Shown: positions 60,206 through 64,000 of the stretch, one piece after another
How the letters are laid out: each line of letters begins with the position of its first letter
Numbering within the stretch: position 1 is the first letter of the stretch
Assembly: GCF_006345805.1 (NCBI RefSeq)
Contig: NW_021832594.1
Location: forward strand, 43,612-107,611
Origin: Octopus sinensis
Lineage: Eukaryota
Length of the DNA stretch: 64,000 bases
Reading direction: 5' to 3'
Notes under the pieces: model-generated
The model's database searches: none
The model's input: only the letters and a program-made list of their open reading frames with translations
Told to the model about the DNA's origin: nothing
Position numbers and translations under genes: made by a program

Positions 60206-61643
60206 TCTTAAAGATAAACAAAACATGATAAGAGTAAAGAAAAAAAGCAACAGGAATTTCGAAAAACGTGTTCCTCTTTACAGGTTTATTTTTGCATGTG
60301 ATTAATAAATGTTACTTAAGCACAAACCATTTGGGTAGCTTGTTTTTTCTTCGATATTTTTTAACCCTATTTTATTGCTCAACGACTATTTGTTGCGATT
60401 AAAATTCTCCTTTGTTCGTCTTTTGGTTGGGGGAATCTTATTAAAAAAATACCACTTTTATTTTCACATGTTTTTCAACTATTTAATCTCGACTTGAATC
60501 CCACGTTCGTTAAGATTACATTCCAGTTTCTTAAAATAAAGATGATTTGAAAACAGCATTGAAATTTCTTCTACTACAAGTGTGAATTTTCATGTCGCTG
60601 TAACATTTAAGAATGTTAAACTGCTGTTGCTCCGTTTCTTTCTGAGGAATCGTCCAAAAAAATATTAATTATTCTATTTATTTCTGCTACAGAAGAAAAT
60701 ATCCTCGTGTAATAATTTCTTTTCTTCAAATCGAGTTTCTGTATTCATTGTCTCTGAAATAATCTGTATAAGGGGATTAATGCATTAATAATTAACTAAT
60801 CATAGCAACAATAAAAAGAATTAGCAATTTTAATATTTCCTCATTTCACCATACGTTTGAATTCTTGTTCCAACTTCGAGCTTCCGATATTTCTATTCTA
60901 TTTTCATCTCCACTGATATCGCTTCCTTGTTTTTTTTTACACTCTCTCTCTCTCTCTCTCTCTCTATCCCATAGAAGATTAATTAATTTATTTCATTTCA
61001 TTTTTATTTTAGTATTGTACGAGAACGAACGCCCCCAAAACAAGGATGAAGTACTTTACTGGGAGACAATCTTGAATTACTTTACGGGAAGCAAACTCGT
61101 TCTCCTGAAAGATTCTCTTCTCATGAGCGAGAAAAGAATTCCGGTTGACGATTATTATGAACTGGACGCCTTAAATGGAGATTATTATTTTAGTTCATTT
61201 ATTATGTTGTTTGTTGATTTTGTCAACAATTTAGCAAAACCTCTCTTGGTTAGATTTGATGAAATAATTATATTTTCTCTGTGTGTGTTGGATTAGTGTT
61301 TAAACACTATAAAATATATCAACTGAATTTAAGACCTCAATCATTAACACATAACTAAAACTTCACTACATTATTAGAGTGCAATTATCGTAAGCTGAAC
61401 GAATTTGAACGTACACACACAAGTCGGATAAAACTTATATATAAAGCAGAACAACATACAGTAAAAAAAAGAGCAGATCTCAGAAATGCTTCGTAATTTT
61501 CATCTAAGTTCTACAGCTGTTTCGTCGGTTAATATACATCACCATCAATGAAATTACTTAAATGGTACATACAGATACATAATTAATTTAAATGTGATGA
61601 ATAAACCATCTGATCGAGAAATAAAATTTATATGCGAATTTAT

Positions 61644-61677
<34 letters not shown>

Positions 61678-61758
61678 GTTAGTTGATCCAAACATGAAAA
61701 CACAAAGAGAAAACACAACAACGCGAGGGCGTGGAACAAATATAGTATTATATATATA

Positions 61759-62280
61759 CCGTAAATCCTCGAGTATAGTCCGCCCTTGAGTATAATACGC
61801 AGGGGATTTTTAGGAGGCTGTACCTCTGAAAAACCTAAACCTTGTGTATAATACGCACCCCTTCTCTAACTTGAGTCGTGCGTAATTAAGCCAGCAGCAC
61901 CTAGTCGAACAATCACTTCCGCGCATGCGTAATACAATAACGGTGATGTTCTTAACTGTTATACTGTTATATGGCAATGTAAATATATTTGCAAATTGTT
62001 TTTGCTACATGCTATTCTGTGTTCTGAATACTTTCATTTTAATTAATGTTGCTTACTGCAAGTTATGGAGGATTCTTTTATGACTTCATTGCTTTCAGGC
62101 TTAGCTTAAGGTATTTTCGCGCCCGACATCACAAAATGCGTCTGAATAAATATTGCAAATAGAGACTCGGACATTGCTTAGAAAATATTTTTCATTTTTA
62201 ACCTCGTATGTAGTACGCACTAGGGATTTTGGCCTTTAAATTTTGGGGGGAAAATGTGGATTATACTCGAGGATTTACGG
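61759..62280. mobile_element. pogo/Tc2-like MITE, CpG-rich copy, in (TA)n
   Basis: TIRs CCGTAAATCCTCGAGTATA at both ends; extra TIR stub at ~62308. Confidence 0.9.
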
Positions 62281-62869
62281 TATATATATATATATATATA
62301 TATACATACCGTAAATCCTTGAGTCAGATCATGGCTGTTATTTTCAGCATGGTGGTATTTCGTAGATACCCTAATTTATAATTTTAATAATTATTACCTT
62401 TGAAGGTTATTTTTTCCATGCTGACCACTTGAAATCGTTATTTTATTTTTAAATTAACGATCTTATCCTTATTTATATAAATTTATATATATATATATAT
62501 ATATATTTAAAATTAAGGATAAAATCTTTATAAGAAATTATCAGTAGTTAGCGTGAAAACCTCTTAAGAGAAAAAATCTGTAAATTTTTCCACTTTGAAA
62601 ATATTTATTTATATAATATAGAGGGTACTATTATTCATAGGTGCCGCATGCTAGGAGGGACTTTTGCAGTCAAAACTACTAAAATAAACAAATTGTACCG
62701 AATGCAAAACTTCAAAGCAAGTCATTTAAAAACAGAATTTAGTTACATATCACCTGTGATTTCGCAATCAATGCAGAATATGCATTTTATGTTCTTCAGT
62801 GCAACGAACTCAAGACATATAAGAAAAAAACACAACATTACATACCCGACAGCCAACCGTAGAATTCGT

Positions 62870-64000
62870 CGTAATTTCTTTATTACGATTATACAATCGT
62901 TTACATAGAATTACAAATACATAACATACATGCAAAACAAATAATTAAGAGGTTTCATCGTCCAACTCGCACCTTGGACACGTCGGTGACACTGGAATTC
63001 CGTGCCGCGATAACTTCTCGCGAACAGGTAGAGCGTTCCTATAGCACTGCCAACCCAGGGATCTTTGGAAATTATCCAAGTACCCCGTCCTGAAAGTCTT
63101 TTTAAACAGGTTGGTAAGCTGGTCTTCGTCAAACCCCAGAGCCCCTCCTAGGACGTCGTCGTTCTTTGCCTCTACCAGCCTTCTATAAAATACCGAGGTG
63201 GTATTTCCGCAGCCGGCCTTGCCCGCCTTGTGGATCAGCGTGAGTGCCTGTCGGCACTCCCTTTGCTATAAAGTCAGTTTCCATCTTTTGATGCGACCGG
63301 GTTTAAAATCCGTTAAGGAGGCCAGTCTCGGGAAAAATTCCCTGCCAGCGGACTCCACACCTTATCACCCTCCAGGTGGTGCCAGAGATGCTTCAGCCTC
63401 AACGCATGTCTGCGCATCATCAACCAAGGCATTCCTAACCCACCCTTTAACGGTTCCTGGCAGCAAACGGAGCGCCTCACAAGTGGCTTTCCTCCCTTCC
63501 ACAAAAGCGGAAAAGGATTCGCTCCAACTTGTTAAGCCATGAACCGGGGCAAGGGACAACGGTCAGGCGGTAAGTGATTACAGATGCAATGAACATCTGC
63601 ACCACCTCCGCCCTTCCTTTCAAGGACAGAGACCTTCCGGACCAGGTCCGTACTATGGCCTCCACCTTGCTCGTCACCTCACTCCAGTTCCTCTCCGTTT
63701 GGGAGTCTGGCCCAAACCAGACTCCTAGCAACTTAACAGGGCCATCCGTCCAGTGTCCCACGACGCTGGACGATATCGACTTGCTCCTCCAGGTGCAGAG
63801 GCGCAAGCCAACCGACTTGTCCTTGTTAACCTTTGCTCCTGCCACCGCCTCGTATCCTCTGATAGCCTCTTCCACACAAGGTAGCTGGGCCTCATTGGAC
63901 ACGATGAGGGTGACGTCATCCGCGTAAGCAGTCACCGACCTCCCACCTCCGATCTCATCCGAGTTGCTTCCCAGCCTCTCCAACTTTCGCAGCAATGGCT
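62870..64000 (-). mobile_element. Tx1/L1-clade LINE 3' part (RT YADD to the start of zf-RVT), runs off the window
   Basis: AYADDVT, KVNKDKS, LLGVWFG, SLKGRAEV, GGLGMP; WQCYRNALPVREKL..CPRC at ~62955-63055; AATAAA at 62879-62884. Confidence 0.88.

Noticed and set aside
61505-61555. Minus-strand GAA-ACAGCTGT-A palindrome resembling a dimer-type hammerhead stem III
   Set aside because: Upstream core is degenerate (TTGATGG) and stems I and II are unconvincing; at most a decayed remnant

Overview
This is AT-rich eukaryotic DNA. Its SINE/RTE repeat content looks like an octopus (cephalopod) genome; that is inferred from repeat families, not searched. Positions ~0.5-46.4 kb on the + strand hold one multi-exon gene. 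I reconstructed 18 coding exons (~675 aa) whose spliced product matches centromere protein I (CENP-I/Mis6) block by block against my recollection of the vertebrate protein. The 5' end and one splice donor are unresolved. The introns and the ~17 kb downstream are packed with transposable elements: an internally deleted R4/Dong LINE in (TAA)n, RTE LINE copies including a young ~3.3 kb copy, CR1 and Tx1/L1 fragments, Tc1/mariner remnants, pogo-like, mariner and piggyBac-like MITEs, two non-autonomous Helitrons, and more than 40 tRNA-SINE or LINE-tail copies. The most unusual signals are: (i) short Penelope-like elements with minimal, dimer-type hammerhead ribozyme motifs, one family fused to a tRNA-like Pol III head and inserted as head-to-head dimers with TSDs; (ii) a C4HC3 PHD finger embedded inside the RTE reverse transcriptase; (iii) a 10-monomer A/B higher-order stem-loop array in that LINE's 3' UTR; (iv) a CpG-decay contrast between intragenic and intergenic copies of one MITE. 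There is no CRISPR array, rRNA or true tRNA gene.
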